Shown here piece after piece: positions 27,361 to 38,745 of a DNA stretch of 49,787 nucleotides. The stretch lies in assembly GCA_030141605.1 (NCBI GenBank), contig JAQGDQ010001282.1, positions 1-49,787 of the forward strand, written 5' to 3'. The DNA is from Tubiluchus corallicola. Taxonomy: Eukaryota > Animalia > Priapulida. The notes under the pieces are model-generated. The model was not told the DNA's origin and did not search any database. It was given only the letters and a program-made list of their open reading frames with translations. Positions within the stretch are counted from its first letter, which is position 1. The number at the start of each line of letters is the position of its first letter. The translations under genes and the position numbers were made by a program.

Positions 27361-28069
27361 ACTCCGTCTCCGTCTCCCTTTTCTCAAGGCAAGAATAGAA
27401 ATCTTTTTCCTACTTACAAGAGCTTATCTGTGGACAATGCCCACGCTACAATACTTTCTTCGTGAACTTTCGATCATCAAAAGAAACGAGTTCACTTGTC
27501 GCAAAAATTTAATAAAACCGAAAATATTTTGCTCAAATTGCCTGTAATTCTTTGGGGCGGCAACGTGTCAATATAAGATTATTTAACCGGCACGACGGTA
27601 ATTATGGTTCTGTGGACAAAGCGGAATGCTCTTTAAAAAGGGAGGAAGTTTCGGTCATCAAATGCGTTTGTCACTTTTGCCATTTCTAATTCCAGCAAAG
27701 ATTTTGCGGCATTTGGGCGTTGTTGTGATCTAGGTTTTGCTTCACTTTTGATGAATAATTATTGTATGTAGTGTATTATTACTGAATTCTTAATTGCTTA
27801 ATCATCTTGTGCACATTTTATTTAATTTTGCATGTAAGTATTTTGCTAACTGTTTGGCAGTATTACAATTGTTTCAGTGGTAAAAGTACTAAAAGAGTAG
27901 TTCTACTTACTATATACGATTACAGGTATTTATTACAACGTAAAATGAGCAGTAGATTTTAAAAAAGTGGTAAAATGGGCGCACTATTAGTGTTTTGTCG
28001 TGAAGTGTTCTCATGAAAAAAGAGATTTTTAATACAGTCATGGATAACAGGTCAACAAAGTAAAGTATT

Positions 28070-28525
28070 AATATCGAAGGCGGTTCATAATTTCTTCAAG
28101 CTTCTCAGATGGAGGGATTATTTCCATAATGCTTATCGCATTACCTCTTTGTAAGGCAGCAGATGAACGCAAGAATAAAAAACTTTGGCACACGTGGCAC
28201 ACTGAATTCGTTTGCCTAATGTACTAAGAAATTCTTTCCTTCTGTGCCAATAGTGCCAAAAGTTTCAACGACAATCAGTACAAAATTGAAATTTGCAAAA
28301 GACTGATATATTTCATACATTTTCTGTTTTCGGCTAACTGAGCTGCATAACCAGCGTAACTAACTGAGCCAGCCAAAGTTGAGGGTGCCAATGTGTCAAC
28401 ACAAGTAAACTCCCAAAGAAGAGAGCGGCCCTGGGCCCAAGGGATCAAAGTTACGCCATCAGGCCATTTTCCATCTGACCTATATAAACCCGTGGGCTTT
28501 AATACTGATGGAACACGAGTATAAC
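28070..28525 (-). mobile_element. CRE/R2-superfamily non-LTR retrotransposon relic (restriction-like endonuclease region)
   Basis: [39 protein letters not shown]...[11 protein letters not shown], then in shifted frames ETFG and LQRGNA, which are typical of the RPD-type REL domain. Confidence 0.8.
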
Positions 28526-28731
28526 AATAATTGGCAAACCCTTTTTGAAGTTTGAGTGTCACTGCCACCCTAATAATGTGCAGAAAATGCTACGATCATA
28601 CAGTGGGCGACTTTGAATGGACAGCGGGCAGTGTGGCATCTATTTATATTTCAGTTTGTTTACTTCACTACAAAAAAATTAAGTGAAATTTCCGAGTCAT
28701 AATGACAGTTTTCTTTTCAGAGCCACGCAAG

Positions 28732-28916
28732 ATGTGTGATTGCTGTAATTTCTGTCGCGTTTGGAGGAAGATTTATGCGAGGCTAACGGGATGTGCAAAA
28801 TGCTGCATTCGTTGCGGCGTTTTCACGTTAATCGCCACGATTATTATAATTCTCATAGGCGGGATTTTGTTAGCAGTAGCTATACATGCACTTCAAGAGG
28901 ACGAAGAAAGTACAAA
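28732..28916 (+). CDS. Orphan two-TM protein, coding exon 1 (Cys-rich N-terminus and TM1)
   Basis: Acceptor ttttcttttcag at 28720, ATG at 28732, MCDCCNFCRVWRKIY...FTLIATIIIILIGGILLAVAIHAL, donor aa|gtaagt (phase 2). An upstream exon is implied but was not located, so the N-terminus may be longer. Confidence 0.72.
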
Positions 28917-30809
28917 GTAAGTACCTGCTGTAGTTTATTGTGGAGTTAGTACATCTTTGATTAAGTTTTAGCTATACATGCACTTCAAGAGGACGAAGAA
29001 AGTACAAAGTAAGTACCTGCTGTAGTTTATTGTGGAGTTAGTCCATCTTTGATTAAGTTTTAGCTATACGTGCACTTCAAGAGGGTGAAGAAAGTACAAA
29101 GTAAGTACCTGCTGTAGTTTATTGTGGAGTTAGTCCATCTTTGATTAAGTTTTAGCTATACGTGCACTTCAAGAGGGTGAAGAAAGTACAAAGTAAGTAC
29201 CTGCTGTAGTTTATTGTGGAGTTAGTCCGTCTTTGATTAAGTTTTAGCTATACATGCACTTCAAGAGGGTGAAGGAAGTACAAAGTAAGTACCTGCTGTA
29301 GTTTATTGTGGAGTTAGTCCATCTTTGATTAAGTTTTAGCTATACGTGCACTTCAAGAGGGTGAAGGCAGTACAAAGTTAGTACCTGCTATAGTTTATTG
29401 TGGAGTTAGTCCATCTTTGATTAAGTTTTAGCTATACATGCACTTCAAGAGGGTGAAGAAAGTACAAAGTTAGTACCTGCTGTAGTTTATTGTGGAGTTA
29501 GTCCATCTTTGATTAAGTTTTAGCTATACATGTACTTCAAGAGGGTGAAGGAAGTACAAAGTAAGTACCTGCTATAGTTTATTGTGGAGTTAGTCCATCT
29601 TTGATTAAGTTTTAGCTATACGTGCACTTCAAGAGGGTGAAGAAAGTACAAAGTAAGTACCTGCTGTAGTTTATTGTGGAGTTAGTCCATCTTTGATTAA
29701 GTTTTAGCTATACGTGCACTTCAAGAGGGTGAAGGCAGTACAAAGTAAGTACCTGCTATAGTTTATTGTGGAGTTAGTCCATCTTTAATTAAGTTTTAGC
29801 TATACGTGCACTTCAAGAGGGTGAAGGAAGTACAAAGTAAGTACCTGCTGTAGTTTATTGTGGAGTTAGTCCATCTTTGATTAAGTTTTAGCTATACGTG
29901 CACTTCAAGAGGGTGAAGAAAGTACAAAGTAAGTACCTGCTATAGTTTATTGTGGAGTTAGTCCATCTTTGATTAAGTTTTAGCTATACGTGCACTTCAA
30001 GAGGGTGAAGGCAGTACAAAGTTAGTACCTGCTATAGTTTATTGTGGAGTTAGTCCATCTTTGATTAAGTTTTAGCTATACGTGCACTTCAAGAGGGTGA
30101 AGGAAGTACAAAGTAAGTACCTGCTGTAGTTTATTGTGGAGTTAGTCCATCTTTGATTAAGTTTTAGCTATACGTGCACTTCAAGAGGGTGAAGGAAGTA
30201 CAAAGTAAGTACCTGCTGTAGTTTATTGTGGAGTTAGTCCATCTTTGATTAAGTTTTAGCTATACGTGCACTTCAAGAGGGTGAAGGAAGTACAAAGTAA
30301 GTACCTGCTGTAGTTTATTGTGGAGTTAGTCCATCTTTAATTAAGTTTTAGCTATACATGCACTTCAAGAGGGTGAAGGCAGTACAAAGTTAGTACCTGC
30401 TATAGTTTATTGTGGAGTTAATCCATCTTTGATTAAGTTTTAGCTATACATGCACTTCAAGAGGGTGAAGGAAGTACAAAGTTAGTACCTGCTATACCTT
30501 ATTGTGGAGTTAATCCATCTTTAATTAAGTTTTAGCTATACATGCACTTCAAGAGGGTGAAGGCAGTACAAAGTTAGTACCTGCTATAGTTTATTGTGGA
30601 GTTAGTCCATCTTTGATTAAGTTTTAGCTATACATGCACTTCAAGAGGGTGAAGGAAGTACAAAGTAAGTACCTGCTGTAGTTTATTGTGGAGTTAGTCC
30701 ATCTTTGATTAAGTTTTAGCTATACATGCACTTCAAGAGGGTGAAGAAAGTACAAAGTAAGTACCTGCTGTAGTTTATTGTGGAGTTAATCCATCTTTGA
30801 TTAAGTTTT
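28878..30809 (+). repeat. 92-bp tandem array, 21 copies, containing the exon end and 5' splice site
   Basis: Units start at 28878, 28970, 29062 ... 30718. Unit agctatac(a/g)tgcacttcaagag...agtacaaagt(a/t)agtacctgct...ttaagtttt. Confidence 0.97.
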
Positions 30810-31452
30810 TAATATTGAACATGAAAATGCAAAAATGTGGGAACTTGGTGTGCTTTTCAACCAGGGAAGTTTGGTTTCTTATCTCAGTTCTATGACTGCT
30901 ATGATTTCACTGGGGTGAGCATTCTCTACTAGAAAGCGAATTCGAATCAAACTGAACTTCTTTATTTCGAATTCGAATTGAGATTGAAACATTTTCGAGC
31001 CACCAATAAAAATTAGTCTTGCAAAGATCATGCATATTGCTCGATTTTGTTCTGCAGTAACACGACTAATAATTTGTTTAAAATTGTGCACAAAAATCGT
31101 TGCTAAATTATGCTAATTGCATGACGTTTCAATCATTTTAAGGATAAGAACGTACGTGATTGAAATGGTGAATTATTTGAATCTATAGTTTTAGGTTCAA
31201 ATCGCATTCGAATTTAAAAAAAGCTTTCGATGTTCACCCCTAGTTATGATGGAAGCAAGTCGTAGTTCAATTATCTTTCTCTTAGTTAGTTTAGTTTTGT
31301 TAGGGTGATTTCTGACTTGTAAGTAAGTGGATTTTTTGCAATTATTTTAGAGCTCATACTGATCTGTGGGTGATTTGTAATCATAATTTCAGAATTTTCT
31401 AATCGATGAAAACTATTATGGATTTTACACGAAAACAGTTTTTGGTAAAACC

Positions 31453-31725
31453 GCAACCAAGCCCTATTATTCACTATTGTGCGAATACGTAACACCCAAT
31501 GAACAACGATCATGGCTAAGCGACTTCAAAACGGGCTTGCCCTATTCAGATAGGTGTCAAACACATTAGCTTCTCGCTGCTTTAGGCAACCAAGCCCTAT
31601 TATTTACTATTGTGCAAAAATACGTAACACCCAATGAACAACGATCAGGGCTAAGCAATTCAGAACAGGCTAGCCCTATTCAAATAGGTGTCAAACACAT
31701 TAGCTTCACGCCGCTTTAGGCAACC
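31453..31725 (+). repeat. Tandem duplication of ~134 bp (2 copies)
   Basis: gcaaccaagccctattatt...ttagcttc(t/a)cgc(t/c)gctttag occurs twice. Confidence 0.8.
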
Positions 31726-32110
31726 GGAATATTCTTTAGGGTAAGTTACCGCTAGTAATTTTGCATGGCATTACTTAAAATGCTACAGAACTGCCAAAAT
31801 ATGCTAAATCAGCATGAATGCTCTCTCACCCTCCCTCGGTACATAATGTAACAGCTCAGCAGTATTGTCAGCCGCCGCAAGAGCCACCTAGCGGTGGACG
31901 AACGCAGCTTTTGTTATCAGTTGGTCGTTCAGTGGCCAGTTTCACCATGCGTGGTTTTCGTGTAAAATCCGTGTATTCTAGTTCGTGTTTAACATGTAGC
32001 TCCTTATTTTAAAAACACGTTTTCAATTGTTGGTTCAAAATAAAGCTGGATTCGCGTGATTACGTCGATCCGAGCAATACCTCAAGTGATGTGTTCTTTT
32101 GTCGTTCTAG

Positions 32111-32234
32111 AACCGTGCTCATCGTGGGGTCGTTGATGGTGGTGATAGCGGGCTGCTGTTTCCTTGCTGCTCTCATCGGGCTGTGTACGCTAGCTTGTCG
32201 GATAAAGGGCCAAGTCGACCGACGAGACAATCAG
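32111..32234 (+). CDS. Orphan two-TM protein, coding exon 2 (TM2)
   Basis: Acceptor ttcttttgtcgttctag. Phase 2 joins aa+a=K, giving TVLIVGSLMVVIAGCCFLAALIGLCTLACRIKGQVDRRDNQ. Donor cag|gttacg (phase 0). Confidence 0.72.
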
Positions 32235-32284
32235 GTTACGGTTTCGAGGCTTTTACTTCTTCAGATCTGCATTTTTCACCTTTA

Positions 32285-33170
32285 GGGGTCATCCGCGCAT
32301 AAACGATATCAAATTTAGGGTAGGCAGGGGGCGTGATAATGCCATTATAGCGCACGGTGGGTAGGTTACTTAGTCACGGTATCATTATCTTGGCTTATTA
32401 GAACTTATTAGTATCATTAGAACTTCATCTATGGCTGCGTTGTAATCGGCCATGAGGGGGGGGGGAATCTGCCGTATGAGTTCAGTGAATTGGGGCTGCC
32501 ATCGCCTCCACCGCCGACGCCAGTAGAATCCACTGATGGTTTCCCGTTAATTAGCACGAATGACGCTGTTGCTTGTCCGTGAGAGGAGGACGAATAAAAT
32601 GTACAAAAAGCTATGTCAGTGTGATATCAATGTCAATATAACGTGTAGGTAGGTGACGTAGCGTGTTAACGAATGGGTTAACTAAGCTGTAGCCTAGAGC
32701 GCCAAAGTTTGAAGGGCATCAAATTTTATAAAAAAATTATTCTCCTCAGAAAATGTGTGTATACCTTCATATTCATGTAAAGGGCACAGATTATAATACA
32801 CCACAGGCAGTTGCTGAGGGCAGCTTTTATATAAGTGCCACGTAACGAACAGGTGGATGGTACTACACAACAAGCAGTTGTGCAGCCTTTTTGAATATAA
32901 GCTCTATGCAAATACATGTAATTAATAATGACCAAGTAGAAACTAGGTTTAAAAATGTTTCTAATACACCACAAGTAATTGTTTCATCTGCTCATTATAT
33001 AAACAACCATAAATTGACAATAGAGATGGGCGGGACAGAACGTAAAGTGTTGATACGCCCTTGGGTAGGTGGCATATCGGGCGGTGCATGTCATAATGCC
33101 ATTACAATGCAATGTGCGTAGGTTCTCGAAATCGGCGGGAAATTTGATGTCGTTATATGTGGGTGGCCCC
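32285..33170. mobile_element. Probable PIF/Harbinger-type MITE
   Basis: Degenerate TIRs ggggtcatccgcgcataaacgatatcaaattt / aaatttgatgtcgttatatgtgggtggcccc. The left flank is tta, and the right TSD is not intact. Confidence 0.5.
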
Positions 33171-33674
33171 AAGTAAATAAGTTTATTAGTTTATCACCAT
33201 TTTTAAAATAGCAAAATACATAACTAAGCGATTTATAAATCAGTACAACATCCAATAATATTACAAAGTACAAAAGTAATTATTGATTAGTGGTGAAAGG
33301 GTGGCGAAAGAACTATAAGTTATCGAGGTCAGCCACCCTCTCAGGATTGTTACTAATATAATTAATTAGTTAATGCGCATGTACCAGGTAATTAAAAATG
33401 ATCAGATTTTGCATTTAAGACGAATAAAAATTGAATTATTACACGAAAGTGGTAGTTTATAATAAAATCATGTTAAATGGCTTCCCATTGGGCGCGAAAC
33501 TTTTTACGCCTAGATGTTCTGTTTTGAGTTATACGTTTAGGGCTTCTGGAACGAAGCCAGACGAGGTGTAACAATAGAGGGAGAGAAATTACTTGACCTT
33601 GTTTTTGATACTACGTGTAGAATGGGTAGCGAATTGATCAGCTGTTTGTTATTTGCTAATGATCTGTAGCTTGT

Positions 33675-33800
33675 ACGTGGCTCCCACGGTCAGGGAAAAT
33701 CCAGGAAAATACATTCTATCCTGGAAAGTCATGGAAAAGTCAGGGAAAAAGATAATTTGGTAAAAAGTCAGGAAAATGGTTCGAAAAGTCAGGGAAATTG
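33675..33800 (+). repeat. Iterated aaagtcagggaaa motifs, likely a subterminal relic of a DNA transposon
   Basis: Five to six gtca(g)ggaaa repeats follow ctcccacggtcagggaaa. No partner end was found. Confidence 0.4.
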
Positions 33801-34118
33801 GAAAGTGTTGAAAAAATAATCACCGTGAACCGATATTTTTCCAAACATATATTTCAGAGATTCGTGTTCAAATAAAATTTTGCTTTGACAGGCTGCCATT
33901 TTCAATTTCTGTTCCAAAAATAATGATTGGATTAAGAAAGTTTATTTAATGTGATTAGTGTAATTTCATTAGCACTACTGCAACTGTGCCGACACATTAT
34001 ATATCAGTATATGTATGAATGTCCATACACAAAAATGTTTGAATATGTATACTGGTAATGCAATTTCTGCTTATTGTGAATTATTGTAATTGGAAAATTT
34101 TTCTTTATGGTAAATAAA

Positions 34119-34670
34119 TTAAAAGACAAAAAAGGTGTACCTGAAGTTGGCTTCAGAAGAATCGTCCTTAAAAATTGTATTACTTTACAGTAATTTTATG
34201 CGTATATCGTACTCGCGTTGAAAGGATTTTTTGTTTGTTTTCATTTTAAATCTCCCGCAATAAGTACTGTTCAGACCGCGCCATTACATGACGTCACTAC
34301 GCAAACGTAAATCAAGGGAAGAAAAGGAAATGTTAAACTATGTCCCTAAAAACTTTCCATGCAAAGTTATATTACTTAGCATTTCGCTTACCTGCTGAAA
34401 AGACTTCGTAACTAGAAATAATAATTTAAAATGTTTTGACCAATTGGTAAAATGTCGTTGACTCACTCTCCAGGGTGCACCACTTACTAACCAAAAATGT
34501 ATTTTTAATCTTATTGACAAGATACAGTAATTTTAAATTTCACTTACTTAGAGACATGTATGCTACGAATGCTCTGATTATTTTTTCAAGCTTTACAAAA
34601 TGTTATCTAAACGTGTTTCAAACGACCAATCATGAAAATGGTTGCGCCTAACGGTCATCGCGGGGAGTTT
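34119..34670 (-). mobile_element. Dispersed repeat family X, copy 2 (inverted)
   Basis: ggtgtacctgaagttggcttc...ggtcatcgcggggagttt is the reverse complement of copies 1 and 3. Confidence 0.8.
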
Positions 34671-34892
34671 AAATTTACAGGTTTTGTACAGCGTTACTGC
34701 AGATGCAAACCCTGCATACAAAAAGGCAGCAATGTAAGTGGTATAAAATTTCAAGACGAATTTTTATACCAACAGTTGCAGGCAAAAATTCTCTCGCATA
34801 AAGTTTGTTTCCAGGCTTCGCTTCATACAAACGGCTAACACCTAGTGGTCAGTCGGGGAAGCAAAAACGTTTGAGAACAGAATAATGCAATA

Positions 34893-35363
34893 CAGTCATA
34901 CCTCCATAATTCGTTCCTAAAAAGTGTTTGAAAACCGATTTGGTTGAGAACCTCATCATTTATTCCCCTAAGAAATAATGTAAAAGCAAATAATTCGTGT
35001 TCTCAAGCACCAAATGAACTGTAAAGTATTACTAAAATGAAATATGATAATGCAAAAATGTTTATTCAAACAGCAGATGCGATTTTATTGATAAGAAAAA
35101 CATAATAGAATTACTTTGAAAGAAAAACATAATTATTCCTGCACGAAAAAAGCCTTGCGTGTTGGTAGCAGTGTGATGGCATACGTAAGTAAGAGCAGAT
35201 TCACGTGTGTGACTACTCTCGGGCGCGGTCTTTTACGCTCGGCTCGCGGTTGGTCGAGTACCGAAATTCTGCTCGAAATCCTGGAGACAATTTCAGCTCG
35301 AATTTTCTGGTCAAAAATCGATTCGTACGAATACGGAGACGTTCGACAACGGAGGTTTGACTG
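34893..35363. mobile_element. Tc1/mariner (Tigger/pogo-like) MITE
   Basis: ta|cagtcatacctcc ... ggaggtttgactg|ta, giving TIRs with a TA duplication. Confidence 0.75.
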
Positions 35364-35813
35364 TATGTACCGTTTTAGTGCATCAAATTAAGTAAGAAAG
35401 TTGCTGATAAACTAAAAATTTGCCGTGTGTAAAGCAAAAAAAATCGTCGTTAAAATGAAACGATGCGGCGTTAAGTGAAAAAAAGGGTGTCAAACATTCG
35501 ACGTTGTTAAAACGAAACGTCGCTAAACGGGGAGTCGTTAAGTGAGTACTTACTGTGTTTGTTTTACATTCGAATATTTTGCACTATTTTCCCAGTGGTG
35601 GGCTTAACACGCAGATCGTGTTACGACGTTAAGACTGGATTTAAAATTTACTAGGATCTTATTTTAAATATAAATTTTTTTAAGCACAAAAGTTTTGAAG
35701 CACAAGTAAACCCTCCACTTACACAAAGCTTAAAAAATTTGATACCACCTACATACTGTGTTTTTGCATGCAGGCCTTGTGTCGGCCGTAACGCTGTATA
35801 AAACTTGTCAAGT

Positions 35814-36350
35814 AAAACTCCCGCGATGACCGTTAGGCGCAGCCATTTTGATGATAAGTCGTTTGAAACAAGTTTAGATAACATTGAGTAAAGTTTGAAA
35901 AAATAGTCAGAGCATTCATAGCGCAGACGTCACTAAGTAAAATTTTGAATTACTGTATCTTGCCAATAAGATTAAAAATACGTTTTTAGCTAGTGAGTGG
36001 CGCACCCTGGAGGGTGAGTCAGCGACATTTTACCAATTGGCACAAACATTTTAAATTATTAGTCTAGTTACATAAGTCTTTCCAGCAGGTAAGCGAAATG
36101 CTAAGTAATACAGATTTGCATGGAAAGTTTTTTGCGACATAATTTAACATTTCCTTTTCTTCCCCGATTTACGTTGTGCGTGTATGACGTCATGTAATGG
36201 CGCCATCGGAACAGCATTGCGGGAGATTTAAAATGAAAACAAACGAAAGTTTCTTTCAACGCGGGTAAGATATACGCATAAAATTGCCGTAAAGCATAAT
36301 TTGTTAATGCGATTTTGCTGAAGCCTACTTCAGGTGCCCCTTTTCGTGTC
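35814..36350 (+). mobile_element. Dispersed repeat family X, copy 3
   Basis: It is colinear with 13834-14392. Confidence 0.82.
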
Positions 36351-36391
36351 CTTCATCTTAAAAATCTGTTGAAATATTCGTCTTCGTACAG

Positions 36392-36522
36392 GTAATGGTA
36401 CAGCATTCGCCAGTGAAACAGCCTCCGCCCGGGTCGTACCCCGTACAGCAGATGGAAGAAGGAGGCCAGCCTAGTGCGCCACCCACGGAAGAGCTGAAGC
36501 CAGTCACGGTAGTCGACTCTAG
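36392..36522 (+). CDS. Orphan two-TM protein, coding exon 3 (Pro/Gln-rich tail with PSAP)
   Basis: Acceptor tcttcgtacag (phase 0). GC-rich VMVQHSPVKQPPPGSYPVQQMEEGGQPSAPPTEELKPVTVVDS. Donor ag|gtaagc (phase 2). Confidence 0.75.
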
Positions 36523-37383
36523 GTAAGCTATTGATGTCGCTGTCTGCAATGCCATAGAGCCATTGAGAAGCATGGAAACTGTGGCGGTAACCTTTGAGTT
36601 CTCAATAAGTTTGTGTTAATTGTTGCGTTAATTAATACAATTTTGAAATTGGTTGGAGGCTGGGAGCCGTTATTTAGGGATGGGAAGAAGCCTCACTATT
36701 CCGGACGGGGATGAGGAGTTTCCGCGGATTTTTGGAAGACCAGTAGTGCCATTTTTGTAAATCGCGTAAATTCGTTGAGAAAATTTTTACGGACCCAGTA
36801 CATTATTTCACAAGCTGACCGCTAGGTGGCAGGCCGTCACTTTGTTTACATCACGTACATCAGTGTAACCACGTGTATATCTCTATGTATAAAAATATAG
36901 AATCAATTGTGCGGAGTTATTTGAGTCAATTGCAGACAGTCTTTATATACTTTTGCATAGGAGCGGCCAATACTTAGGCGTTTTTGAGACAATTAGGTAT
37001 CATGTATCCTTGATAGTTGGGTATTTTAAATTATGCATGAAACAAGGTAACTGATATTTTGTCGCAAAATTGCAATTTGTTGCTGGCTGCAAGGGGCCTT
37101 TGCATCCCCTGGAACCCTTTGGGGGGTTTACGCGGCCCCCAGGCTGTTTCAGAGTTTTTTTGCAATTTGTCATTCTCATCCCTGTACCGGAGCTTTCGAT
37201 TCTCGGAATCGGAGTTTCTATTCGGAATTCGAATAAACTTTACTTTGTCTGCTTCGGATCAGATTTGGTTTTGGTAAAAAATGCGTTGCATTCGACATAA
37301 TTTTGTTTGCTCGTGTGCGACAGAGTAAATCTGTCGCTTGCGAACGGACCGTTTTGGTTAATTTTTATCGGAAGTTAATTTTT

Positions 37384-37665
37384 GCCGCCGCCGTTTTTTA
37401 CTGTATTTTCCATTTACTATAGGTAGTGTATTGTTTTCTACTGATCGGCTTTTTGCAAACCCCAAATCTGGTACTCGGTGGCAGGGCACATTTATTATGC
37501 AAATAACTGGCGGCGGCACCGGTACCTATTCATCTTCAAGTATCATTTGTATGCATTCTTTCTCGTTGAGAGAAATAGCCGCGAATGATTGTGCTTTGAT
37601 CACCCATCCATTGCTAACGAGGCCTAGCATTGCTTAACTTATGTGTTGTTTAAATTTGCACTGTA
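37384..37665 (+). repeat. ~280-bp dispersed repeat, also at 41863-42138
   Basis: gccgccg..ttttttactgtattttccatttactatagg...gttgtttaaatttgcactgta occurs in both places. Confidence 0.85.
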
Positions 37666-37709
37666 ATGTGAAAACTAAAACTAAAAAAGCCGTTGCGTTT
37701 TTTTTTCAG

Positions 37710-37776
37710 CAACCCGTTTGCCGTCAACGACACGGAAGGCGGATCTATCAAGTACATAGACAGCACCCCCAACTGA
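37710..37776 (+). CDS. Orphan two-TM protein, terminal coding exon 4 (NPF motif)
   Basis: Acceptor tttttttttcag. Phase 2 gives ag+c=S, then NPFAVNDTEGGSIKYIDSTPN*. The total CDS is 507 nt (168 aa plus stop). Confidence 0.72.
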
Positions 37777-38057
37777 GAGCGAGCCGTGGTGGTGTGGGGC
37801 TAGCGATGAGGACGAATGCCCTAATCAAAGCTTAGTTTACACGTACGGCACATTCATACTACGAAATCCCGCGTAATTATCTTTTAAGCGTAAGGAATTG
37901 CTACTCATCGTTGTGCTACGCAAGCAGAAGAAGAGTTCGACGAAGTTCGTTCAGCATGTAGAATCTCAGCGTTAAATTGTAATGGATCATTTGGCGCCAC
38001 CTGCTTTTGATAAATTTAAATGTTGTGATGCTTGGTAAACGAAATTAGAGCGATAAC

Positions 38058-38745
38058 CGGGGTCGGATTATGACCTTTAGGGCCCCCTAGGCTAATGAAA
38101 TCATGGTTCCCCCTCAGATGAAGCCATTCTCTATCTTGCCTGCACTTTTTACTCCCGATGTATTTTAGTAAAATTTTCATAGCTTGAAGTAAACTTTTTG
38201 CAATTTCTTTAAATAAACAAGAACAGTCATCTTTTGTTTGTCAAAAAAACATTCTTTAAGAAATTAGCAAAAGCGCCGCAAAAAATTTTGCGTATAAATA
38301 CACTTATAATCAAAAATATGCGAACATCCTACATAGTCCTCGTTTATAACGCAAAGCCAGTAGCAGCTTTTACTGAATTAAAGATACAGGCAGATGTATA
38401 ATGGATGATGTCAGAACAATGGCTGTTCGTCAGCAGTTTTCCAAGCGAAAATTGTCAGAAATGGAACCTCCAATCAACTCGTCACAGTTCCTCGGGGTAG
38501 AAGCGTCCTAAAATGCAGCCCACATCACCGGGTAGCTCCGTTTATCCTCTTTCTAGAGAGCTACGTATCTTCATCCGACTACCGCTATTTCACTATTTAT
38601 TGGAAGTAAAATTAACTCACATTTCAACGCAACTGGTGTGAAAAAACCGATGTTACCAACGGAAACAGAAAAGCCTAATGTTCCTAAGGCTTGAGGGGCC
38701 CTACGCTATAGCCTATATTATTAGCGTATAGGACAGTCCGACCCG
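38058..38745. mobile_element. hAT-type MITE
   Basis: TIRs cggggtcgga / tccgacccg and an 8-bp near-TSD gcgataac / gcgaaaac. Confidence 0.6.

Noticed and set aside
36675-37184. hAT-like element with tagggatggga / tctcatccctg ends
   Set aside because: The inverted match is short and imperfect and there is no 8-bp TSD, so it is not reported as a feature.
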